Shown here piece after piece: positions 54,570 through 64,000 of a stretch of 64,000 bases of DNA; within the stretch, counting starts at the first letter, position 1; each line of letters begins with the position of its first letter. Location of the stretch: positions 32,001 through 96,000 of the forward strand of contig CAVWLW010000038.1 in NCBI GenBank assembly GCA_963755715.1, given 5' to 3'. Made by a program: the position numbers and the translations under genes. Source of the stretch: an uncultured delta proteobacterium (GTDB lineage Bacteria > Desulfobacterota > Binatia > UBA9968). Below the pieces are notes generated by a model. It was not told where the DNA came from. It worked only from the letters and a program-made list of their open reading frames with translations, and made no database searches.

Positions 54570-55166
54570 ATGAAAACAAAATGCTTCCTGGGTTTCTTGT
54601 CCGTAGTTATTTTCCTCTCAGGCTGCGCGAGCATGCAAACGGCCACCGAAGTCAATTCCGGCCGCCAGGCTTATATCACTGGCAATAACGAAGTCGCCAA
54701 TGCTTATTTTGTTAGCGCCGCGCAAAGAGATCCCAACTATATTTACGGGACTGCCCTACGCCAGGGAATTTGGAGTTACGTTGGCAGAACCGAGTATGCC
54801 GCGGGCAGGTTTCCCCAGGCGAGAGAGGCGCTTGACCGGGCGCTATCGGCTAACAACGACGAGAATATCGCTAGACTTTACTTGGGCCTGACTTTGGCTC
54901 GAACCGGTGATCGCCAGAAAGGTCTGCAAGAAATCGAAGGCAGCATGAAAGGCATGCAGAGTTGGCTTGAGTATATCACTGAGACCTTTAGATATTCGTT
55001 TGGACGTTTCTGGGATCCTGGCTACGAGATACGCTCAGCGATCAAAGGTGATCTTGCAATGATCTCCAGTCGGGACCTTGACTGGCAAAAGCTCATTACC
55101 GATAGCGAGTGGCTAGGAAAAAGGATGGAAGAAGAGGGCGATCTTGCGCGGAAGTCAACAAGCTGA
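54570..55166 (+). CDS. TPR lipoprotein (probably extends to ~55209 across an indel)
   Basis: Lipobox LSGC, TPR-like helices. Confidence 0.8.
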   Translation: MKTKCFLGFLSVVIFLSGCASMQTATEVNSGRQAYITGNNEVANAYFVSAAQRDPNYIYGTALRQGIWSYVGRTEYAAGRFPQAREALDRALSANNDENIARLYLGLTLARTGDRQKGLQEIEGSMKGMQSWLEYITETFRYSFGRFWDPGYEIRSAIKGDLAMISSRDLDWQKLITDSEWLGKRMEEEGDLARKSTS

Positions 55167-55222
55167 GGAAGAGTCCCGGGACAGCGGAGGTCGCGGCAAT
55201 CAGCCTTGATTGCCAATGCCGC

Positions 55223-55819
55223 TTATCGATAGAGCGGCGCTACGTTCTGTACGTGGTTATTCTTCTGGAAGTTTTCCTCGTCGTCCACCTGGGCGAGGAG
55301 CTGACTCAGGGACTGAAGGATTTTTTCTTTTGCCTGGGGGTCCGAGATAAGCAGAAAAGCCGAGCGGCGGATTGATGCCTGAATGGTACGGCGGATATCC
55401 CACTTTTCATAGTTGTGGTAACCCTCGACCATCACCTTGCTAGCCAAGGTAATACCGCTTTTAAGGGTCTCAATACCCTTTTCATTTTGCCCCAGCTGCA
55501 GTTGGGTCATCCCGAGACTAATCCAAGCAATCTCGTTATCAGGATTCACCGCCAAGGCTCGTTGCAAGATCGCGAAGGCGTCTTGATACCGTTGCTTGCG
55601 GTAATAGGCGCGGCCTAAATAGGTGAGGCTGTCCTTATAGGTGGGATCAGCCGTGACGACTGCCTCGAAGGCGACAATGGCTTTGTCCATATCGCCGCCC
55701 CTGCCTCTCAAGAACTGGTCTCGTCCCTCTTCGTAACGCCCGCCTGTGCCAAACCTGGGCATACTATTGGAACAGCCGAAGATAAGAACGGCGACGAGCA
55801 AGAGCTTTTTATAATCCAC
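55223..55819 (-). CDS. TPR lipoprotein, paralog of 54570..55166
   Basis: Lipobox IFGC, TPR-like helices. Confidence 0.8.
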   Translation of the reverse strand: MDYKKLLLVAVLIFGCSNSMPRFGTGGRYEEGRDQFLRGRGGDMDKAIVAFEAVVTADPTYKDSLTYLGRAYYRKQRYQDAFAILQRALAVNPDNEIAWISLGMTQLQLGQNEKGIETLKSGITLASKVMVEGYHNYEKWDIRRTIQASIRRSAFLLISDPQAKEKILQSLSQLLAQVDDEENFQKNNHVQNVAPLYR

Positions 55820-56072
55820 CTATGGTTCTCCAAATCAGAGTTCGACGCTGAGCTGCGCGAAGTAATCTTACGAGCCAATGACAAACTACTCACTGATTAC
55901 CATCGGAGGATATTGAAGGCAAGAATGACTCCTGAATTGACTTATCGGGAGCGAGAAAAATTGGCGGGCTCTTTCTACTCCCGGTTTGCGGTCTAAGGCG
56001 AGAGCTTTTTCAACGACCTGCTTTGGCCGTATGATTATGAGAGCATCGCTGTCGGTCAAGTGCGGTCAAAAT

Positions 56073-56108
56073 AAAAAAGGGGAAGCCATCTCTGACTTCC
56101 CCCTTTTT
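56073..56108. terminator. intrinsic terminator downstream of the porin gene (bidirectional shape)
   Basis: AAAAAAGGGGAAG-CCATCTCTGA-CTTCCCCCTTTTT. Confidence 0.8.
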
Positions 56109-56129
56109 GGTTGAGTTTCTAAGTTTCGC

Positions 56130-57599
56130 TTAGAACGTGTAGCGCCAGGCAAGAATTACGTTCACCCAATCCCCACCGCCGCCCGGTCTCCCGTTGGCCT
56201 TGGTGAAGATCTGGTTCTGCGCAGTAGCGCCACGGCCTGCGGTTAGATTCGAGGCGTCGTACCAGAGAATATTGGTGCCGACGCTCATAGCAGGCGCAAT
56301 GAAGTACCAAAGATCCCATTCCCGCAACAGCACCCTCTCACGGTGAAACTGACCGTTGTTTATAGTAGCGGGACAATTGTCACACTTAAAGTTGTCGCGC
56401 TCGAAGTGCGTGCCAAAAAGTATCGACCCTGGCGTGTTCGATGAACCCGTCATAAAACCCTTCGGGCTCCAGACAAAGATATCGTGCGCGATCAAGAACA
56501 CGTTAGCCGACGGGTCGCCTTTGAAGGCTTGGCTACAACATGGCGTCTGGTTGCCGCCGTTGTAAGTTCATGTTACCCGCGATGGCTCGTAACCGGTATG
56601 GCCCGACGGTGTACTGAAACCCAAAATTGACGTAGTTCTGGCGGCCCGCGCCCACAAGCGTGCCCGTGTCGTAAATGGTCGTTTGCGAGTTGGCGCCATT
56701 CTCGTTTTCCCGTACCCGCGAACGTGTTACAGGAGTTCGGATGCTACGGCGCGGGCGTCAACGGCGCAATACCACCAACCCATTTCAAATTTCAAACCGG
56801 AGAGCCATTTGTTCTTAACTTCGGACAACGGGTCGATCCCCAAAAACGCCACTAAGTCTTTCCTATCCGTAAACGTAAAAGTGTTATCCGACCCCTTGCC
56901 TGGAACGGCATAAGCAAGCTGGAACCGCGAAATTCTTCCGGGAATGCCGATGCCGTTCAGCGAACGATCATCCCAGTTAAAGACAATGCCAAATCCCGAA
57001 CTGCCGGTATTGAAACCGTTGTTGCGGCTCATAAGATCGTAGTCCGCTTGAGCCCCCGTGGCGCTCGATCCTTGGCGGATCGTACCACCGGCGCTGGTCG
57101 AAATGTCGTTACCGAAATCAACCGTCGGCAGGAATGGATTCAAGTTCTCCGCATGGAAATGCACCACGGCCCGCTGAAACAGACTGTTGCCGCCAAAGCC
57201 GTCTATATCCCAGGTCGATTCAATTTCCCACAAGCAGTTGTCGATGCAATAAAAGAAACCCGGCCGAAAACGCCGCGCCTCTATTTCACCGTTGGTCCGC
57301 TCATACTGGTCCTGTCCCTGGTTAAAGTACATGCGCCACTGTGTTTCGATAGTCGCGCGAAAACCCCACGACTTATCTGCCGCTTCGATGTTCAACCCGT
57401 TGCCCGGACGATAACTGAACGTCGGCAGCGCCGCGGCCGCCGCCGTGGCCTCCTTCTTCATCTCGACCTGCTGATCTTTTAACTGCGAGAGCTCCTGCTC
57501 GAGCGACTTGATCTTGTCATCGACGCTCTGAGCAAATGCCGGAGCCGCAGCAAAAAGCGCGGCGGATAGCAGTGCTAGCTTTACGAACCTCGTCTTCAT
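56130..57599 (-). CDS. outer-membrane porin, OprO/OprP-like (several frameshifts between 56500 and 56735)
   Basis: Signal peptide, coiled-coil linker, EARRFR motif, C-terminal AWRYTF beta-signal. Confidence 0.75.
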
Positions 57600-57960
57600 T
57601 TTGCCTCCTTGTTCTCCTAATTCTTTTTTTGCTTCTTAATGGAAAATCCTGAAAACAATCCCCTCACGCTTCGCGCACATCAGGATTTCCGAAGGTTTTA
57701 CTTTAATATTGGCCCTTCCAGCAATACGCGGGTAGTATGATTTTTCCGCCTTAGCTAGCCGATAAGGCTACATTCATACGACTTACGGCCTAGCTGGTTA
57801 GACATTTTACGCGGTTTATAGCTGGCTGCTGGGAACCTATTATGACCCGCAACAGTCTAACGAGAGTTCACGGGCTGCTCGCCGAGGTTTTTCTCCCCTG
57901 GATAATCCTTTGGATATCGACGAATTTTGTGTCAAAGGAAAACCATCTGAGGAGTGAGAA

Positions 57961-58437
57961 GTGGGCATGCTGCGATTTGTCTGCTCAATGAAAATCCGGC
58001 TCGCGTTGGTCACCGCGTTTTGCGTGGCAACGGGAACGGCATGCGCGCCGCGTATCGTTCGACTGAGCCCTAACGAAGGCGCGCCGGCGACGCTGGTGCA
58101 TGTTTCACTCGAATACTTAGTGGGCTGGCCGCGCGTCGAGATCGGCGGCATAATGCTGGACTGGCCTCAACTCAACCTCGTCGCAGCGAAGCCGGAACGG
58201 GGCGGCGTTCCCGGCGAAGAGTTGGTGTGGATCGAAGACAAGATTTTGCAATTCAAGATTCCGGATCTGCCGCCCGGTGAATACGTCGTCACGATTCATG
58301 ACGACAAAGGACCGCCCGACGATTTGATTTATTCCTTCTTGGAAACTACTGCCTATGTCATTTTCCCACCGGTTTGGCCGTTCGTTTTTCGCTCCAATCA
58401 GACGCAGTTCACGCTGCGCGTGCTGCCGCACAATTAA
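57961..58437 (+). CDS. hypothetical exported protein with IPT/TIG-like fold
   Basis: GAGGAG RBS; hydrophobic leader ending TAC; LSPNEGAPAT and IPDLPPGEYVVTI. Confidence 0.6.
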   Translation: MGMLRFVCSMKIRLALVTAFCVATGTACAPRIVRLSPNEGAPATLVHVSLEYLVGWPRVEIGGIMLDWPQLNLVAAKPERGGVPGEELVWIEDKILQFKIPDLPPGEYVVTIHDDKGPPDDLIYSFLETTAYVIFPPVWPFVFRSNQTQFTLRVLPHN

Positions 58438-58653
58438 AATAAAAAAGTCTCTCGATCGGCGAGCCGCAATGATGGATCGAGTCTTGCCGCCGGCGGGAAG
58501 CGCACTCCGCGCAGTCGTGGTCACTCACGCCGTCGTAGCGCGGCCTCGAGTTATGTCATGCGGGTGTCAATCCGATCGAGCATCGCGGCGAAATTACCCA
58601 AGGGTCTTTGGTTGAACGTTTTCGTCGACTGATATTTTTCCCGCCCGTAAAAC

Positions 58654-58683
58654 TTGACTCCACCTCGGGTCGACCTGTATTAT
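58654..58683 (+). promoter_or_regulatory. sigma-70 promoter of bamD
   Basis: TTGACT-18-TATTAT. Confidence 0.45.
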
Positions 58684-58714
58684 TGTGCGAAGATTTCAAT
58701 AAGAGGTGTAATGC

Positions 58715-60593
58715 ATGCATATAAAATCCATGATTGCGCTTCTTCTATTCGTCGCATGGGTTTCCGGGTGTTCGTCTATCTCCATGCCGTGGAGCGGTGC
58801 CAAAGCTGATCCGAGCGCCGAGGCGCTGTTCGACGAAGGCATGCGCAACTTTAATGACAAACGTTACGTGCGCGCGATCGATAATTTCTCCAAGCTCAGG
58901 ACCGATTTTCCGTTTCACCCGCAGATGATGCAGGTGGAGTTGAAAATCGCCGACGCCTACTATCTAAATCAGCAGTATCCGGAAGCGATCACCGCCTTCA
59001 AAGAATATCAGTCGATGCATCCTACCAACGAGCAAATTCCCTTTGTCACTTTGCGCTTGGGGCAGTCCTATTTTGATCAATTTAGCGCCGCCGATCGGGA
59101 TCAAAAAAATACCGAAATTGCCAAAGGATATTTCGAAAATGTCATTACGGCTTATCCCAAATCGCCCGAAGCGGCTGAAGCCCGTGAGAAACTTGCGAAG
59201 TGTCTCGAGTACCTCGCCGAACATGAATTCAACATAGCCGAGTTCTACTTCAAACAAGAGAAATACCCTGCCGCGCGCGACCGTTTCGAAGAAATCGTGC
59301 GCAAGTACAAAGACACGCCGACGGCGGTAAAAAGTCTATTTTATCTTGGCGAAAGTTATCGCAACGAGAAAAACGCGATTCGGGCCACTCTGGCTTACGA
59401 AGCTTTGATCCAACATTATCCGAAAACCCAATTCGCCGACCGACGCTAAAGTTCAATTGGCTCTGGTGGAGAAAGAAAAACATGACCCTTTGGCCCTCTT
59501 GCTCATGCGCGATCGTCGGCCCTCTGCCGCGCCCGCCACCTGAGGTCAAGGAAGATCCGGCGCTGGCGAAGCTGAAAGATTTAAATCTTGTCGCGAAGAC
59601 GGAGGTGGTTCACGAGGAGCCCGGTGCCGAAAAGGGGTTTTTCAGCCGGGTGGCGACCAAGTTAAATCCTTTTTCCTCGGATAGCAGCCAAAAAACCGAG
59701 GAAAAGGAGCCGACTGCCGTTGAGATGCTCGCCAAGCGTAGCCAAGCGCAAAAGAAAGAAGAGTCCAGCGGCGTTCTGGCGTCGCTGTGGCCGTTTGGCT
59801 CCAATAGCTCGAACGGAGCTGTGGCGAAAAGCGATCCGAAAACAACGGACGCCTTTGTCAGCCAGATCGATAGTTCGCTCAAACAGAAGGGCATTGACTC
59901 AGCGAGTCCGTCTACTGTGAAGCCGCCACCGGTAGCACTGCCCAACACCGATGATATGTCGGCGAAGCCGGCCAAAACGGCTGATGTCGCGACACTGTTG
60001 AGTTCCGTCGACGCCAATTTAAAGAGCGGCGGAAAAGATGGAACGGCCTTGCCGCCGGCGCCGGAGATGGCAGAGGGCTTCAAAGATGCCGCGGTTATAC
60101 AAGCGGCAAAGGCAAAAGCGGAGCCGCAACCACCCCCGCAGGACGTCCAAACCAGCGGGATTTTGAGCAGCATCGACCAGAAGCTCAAGGCTCAAGGGGT
60201 TGAGCCTGGAAAATTACAGGCAGCGCCCACGCCGGAAGAAACCAGGAAGGCCGTTGCCCAGAAACCGACTAACATCGAGCTCGAACCCAAGTTGAGTCTC
60301 GAAAAAGGCCCTCTGTTCTTGAGTCCGGCGGACATGCAAGCGCAGGAAAAACCCACATCGAAACCGGAAACAATTAAACCTGATGCGTTAAACCTGATGC
60401 GGTGGATACACAGGACATTCCGTCAAGAATCCTCGTCAAGGGGCCTGTGCAACCAAAAGCATCTACGGTCTCGACCAAACCGGCCGAAACAAAAGCCATC
60501 TCGGCCGCGGATGATGCACCTAAAGGTGTTTTCGATCAAATACGCCAGGACATGGAAAATGTCAGCAAAGCGCTCAGCCCATTTAGTTGGTAG
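58715..60593 (+). CDS. bamD: outer membrane protein assembly factor BamD with long C-terminal extension (about three frameshifts)
   Basis: Lipobox VSGC, DRDQ motif, LAEHEFNIAEFY; ORFs 58715..59449, 59482..60621 and 60402..60593 join into one reading. Confidence 0.82.
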
Positions 60594-60692
60594 AAGTCTG
60601 AATCTAAAGCATGAGGCATGAGGGCTGAGTAAAAAAGGATCCAGATATTCCCGCTCCGACCAAGCCGCGCTTTCTTCGAGCGCAGTCAGAAT

Positions 60693-61885
60693 TTAATCCC
60701 GACTGGGCTCGACCGGAGGTTGAGGATTGCCGACGCGGACTCGAATACCAGATTTCAATAAACTCAACTGATCGACGATCAGCCAATCACCGTTTTTGAG
60801 ACCTCGGACGATTTCTACGCGCCCGCGCTCGCTTTCACCGAGCGTAACTTCCTGACGCACTGCCCGGTTCCCCGACCAGCTTATAAACATAATTCTTGCC
60901 GCCGTCAGAGATGATCAACAGGGCGCGGCAACCAAATGGTTTCGACCTCCGTATCAAGTGTAATCGCCGCCTCCGCTGACGTTCCCGGCTGTACCCGCTC
61001 GCGCACAGAGGCAATGCCGATCTCGACTGCAGCGATCCGGTCACCGTCTGTCGCAGGGCGTTCGACGCGAATCACTTTTCCATCAAGTATTTTCTCCGGC
61101 GCCGTCGACTCGATAACTTTGGCGCTCATGCCGGCGTGAACGGCGCCAGCAAATTCCGCGGGAATAGTGGCCTTCATCCGAAGCGCGGCCAAATTGGCGA
61201 TCGTCACAATCACGCTCGATGCCGCGATCGTCGCGCCAGGATTCACGTGACGCTTAAGCACAACGCCGCCGACCGGGGTCGTCACCTGGGTGAATCCCTG
61301 GAGCGCTCGCGTTTGGGTCAACAGCGCTTCTTGTTGCGCCACCTGCGCCCGCGCTAGCTCGGTTTGCGCGCGCGCCGTTTCCATTGTCGCCGTTTCCTGC
61401 TCAACATCGCGCCGGGCGATTAAATCTTGTCGGTATAGTTCTTCGATGCGCGCTAGTTGTTTCTCGGCGCCATCGAGTTGCTCTTGGTTTGCTTTCAATG
61501 ACTTTCGCGCAGCGCTCAGGGCCGCTTCAAGCTCGGTGAGGCGTTGCGTCAGCGTACTGACTCGACGATGGCAACGACGGCATTGGCCGGCACGGCATCG
61601 CCGACATTAAATCGCACTTCGGTGACTTTACCTGCTAGACGGGACGTAACATCAAGCTCATTGACGGGTAAAAGCTCGCCCTTTGCGCGTACGGTCAGCA
61701 GGCCCGACATGCTGCCGCACGCGCGTGACTCGAACGATGATTTCCCGTTCGCCGCCAAGCCAGTTGGGCAAGAATCGGAGCTCTGAAGTGAACCAGGCGA
61801 CACCAACGATCAAGGCGACGATCGCGCTCAAACCGACCCAAACCCAAAGGCTGATGGGAGTGAAATTATGACGCGGTGGAGACAC
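60693..61885 (-). CDS. efflux RND periplasmic adaptor subunit (frameshifted)
   Basis: N-terminal TM, SRLAGKVTEVRFNVGD lipoyl half, alpha hairpin, TPVGGVV, VEIVRGLKNGD. Confidence 0.8.
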
Positions 61886-61950
61886 CCTTCGGCACCTAGA
61901 AAACCACCGTTAAATCTTTGTTGCTGACGAAGAAAAAATTTCGCCGACCG

Positions 61951-61988
61951 AAAAAAAAGGGCTACCGGCCGTGTCGACTGGGTAGCCC
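61951..61988 (-). terminator. intrinsic terminator after the RND permease
   Basis: Minus strand GGGCTACC-loop-GGTAGCCC-TTTTTTTT. Confidence 0.75.
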
Positions 61989-62030
61989 GAAGTCAATGTG
62001 AACCAATTCAAAATCGGTTCACGCCATGAG

Positions 62031-64000
62031 CTAAGGCGCCTTATGCGGTGCCGGATTGCTGATGCTCAGCTCCGCACCAAGCGCCGATCCTTCCGGCGCC
62101 GCAGCGCCGCTTGCGTTCCGCCCACGCATGCGCGCCGGTAATGACACCAAGAATGCTTGGCCCTTCTCCATGTAAAGATACATGACCGGCGTAATGTACA
62201 GAGTCAAAACCTGAGAAATGAGCAAACCACCGACGACAGCGACACCCAAGGGTTGACGCGCCTCCGCACCGGCACCCCAGCCGATCGCGATCGGCAAAGC
62301 GCCAAAAATCGCCGCCATGGTGGTCATCATGATCGGCCGAAAACGCACCAACGCGCCCTCGTAAATCGCTTGCGCCGGCGGCTTGTTTTCGTTGCGTTGC
62401 CCTTCGAGCGCGAAGTCGATCATCATAATCGCGTTCTTTTTGACGATACCGATCAGCATGATCAAACCGACAAACGCATAGATACTCAGATCCATGTTGA
62501 ACAAATACAAAGCGATCAGAGCGCCGAGACCCGGCGGAGGGTAGACCGGAAAGGATCGTTACCGGATGGATAAAGCTCTCGTAAAGAATTCCCAAGACCA
62601 GATAAACGACGAATACCGCGAGAACCAAGAGCACCCACAAGCTTTTGATCGACGATTGAAACTCTTGCGCGGTGCCTTGAAAACTCGTGCTGACGGAAGC
62701 AGGGAGAGTCTCGCGCGCCAGTTTATTGATCTGTTCGACGGCATCGCCGAGCGCCACGCCTTCGCGCAGATTGAATGATATCGTCGCCGATGGCAGCTGT
62801 CCCGAGTGGTTCACCGAAAGCGGACCCACCGTGTAAGCAAGCGTCGCCAGCGCTCCCAACGGCACCATCGGCTGGGCCGTCCCTGCTTGGCCGGTGGTGG
62901 ACCTGATGTTTAGCAGCGACAGCGCCGAGGGGTCATTTTGGAACTTCGGATCGAGCTCGAGGATAACCTGATACTGATTGTTCGGCGTATTGATCGTCGA
63001 GACCTGCCGGGTCGCATAAGCGCTCCAAAACGCTTCTTCGACTTGGCGTTGCGAGATCCCCTGAGCGGTAATGCCCATGGCGGAGGCCCGGTCTCGGTCC
63101 AGCACCACTTTCAGCTGGGGATTTTTGAGCTGTAAATCACTGCCAACATCGCGAAAATCTCCCATCGCCCGCAAGCGTTCTTCGAACTGCGCCGCAGCAC
63201 GATAGAGCTCGGGTGCGTCAGGGCTCTGCAGGGTAAATTGATACAAGACTTCGGCTGAGCCGGCCGCCGACCCGAATGACCGGCGGATTCTGTAATGAGA
63301 CGCGGATGCCGGGCACGCGCGCCAGCTTGGGCCGGAGCTCACGGATCAATTCGTCCGCGCTGAGCGATCGGCACGATTTTAACCATGACGATGTCGGGCA
63401 GACTACTGGCCGCTGCGACCGCGCTTTGAGTTTAACGAAAATCCGGCCCGTGTTGCCGGACAAACCGACGCCGCCCACGCCGACGCTCGAGAAAAACGAC
63501 TCGACGTTCGGATCTTTGCCGACGATCGCGGCCAGCTGCTGCTGGTTACGCACCATCTGGTCGAAGGAAACCCCTTGAGCGCCTTCGGTGTTGATCAGCA
63601 ACTGGCCGGTGTCTTCGCTCGGTATAAAGCCCTTTGGCACTAAGCCGAACATATGGAATGTCGCCCACAGAACGACGAGAGACGCCACCATCGTAGTCAC
63701 GTGGTGCCGCATCACCCACGCCAGAGTCACTTCATAGCCCCTATTCATGAGATCCAGGCAGCGTCCGAGGAAATGATAGAGCCGTCCGTGCTTCTGGTCG
63801 TGCGGCGGGCGCAAGTAACGGCTGCACAACATCGGCGTGAGGCTAAGTGAAATAAACCCGGAAACGAGTATCGCTACGCAAATCGTCACGGCAAACTCGC
63901 GCAAGAGCCGGCCGAGCATGCCGCTCATGAACAGCACGGGAATAAACGCCGCCACGAGCGAGATCGTCATGGAGACAATGGTAAAGCCGATTTCCTGGGC
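62031..64000 (-). CDS. RND efflux permease, MdtB/MdtC-like (5' end outside window; frameshifts near 63245 and 62535)
   Basis: [53 protein letters not shown]. Confidence 0.92.

Noticed and set aside
55164-55209. TGA at the end of the TPR lipoprotein as a Sec or readthrough site
   Set aside because: No redox context or SECIS-like hairpin; a one-base shift gives a natural ending (QQAEEESRDSGGRGNQP).
58440-58580. Possible minus-strand sRNA (TTGACA, CTCGATC/GATCGAG stem, T-tract)
   Set aside because: No properly spaced -10 and a large loop; could simply be a terminator region. Too weak to call.

Overview
Bacterial chromosomal window, GC-rich with a visibly AT-richer block at ~42-51.7 kb. Gene content (NMT1/SsuA-type binding proteins, futalosine-type menaquinone genes, long Cys-containing porin) suggests a deltaproteobacteria-like lineage such as Candidatus Binatia; this is inference. 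Roughly 20 single-base frameshifts, many in homopolymers and some in conserved genes (dppD/F, bamD), point to long-read indel errors rather than real pseudogenes. Contents: a MoxR/DUF58/vWA operon behind greA; a dppABC-DF peptide transporter split by a ~9.4 kb block (two paralogous alpha/beta hydrolases, SDR, CMD-family protein, binding protein, GT9 and GT39); TPR-lolB, ligA, rsmI, a split NAD synthetase, amgK-murU, sodC and a ZIP transporter; an island of GT-C/TMTC-like glycosyltransferases with a GT2-DUF2304 pair; menaquinone genes, a porin, an extended BamD and an RND pump. The clearest hidden feature is a gene missing from the ORF track: a 74-aa glutaredoxin-like UXX-star selenoprotein at 38481-38705 with two in-frame UGA codons, each followed at the same spacing by a SECIS-like hairpin. 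The best candidate for an uncharacterised system is the TMTC-like glycosylation island. No CRISPR array, rRNA, tRNA or transposase was recognised.
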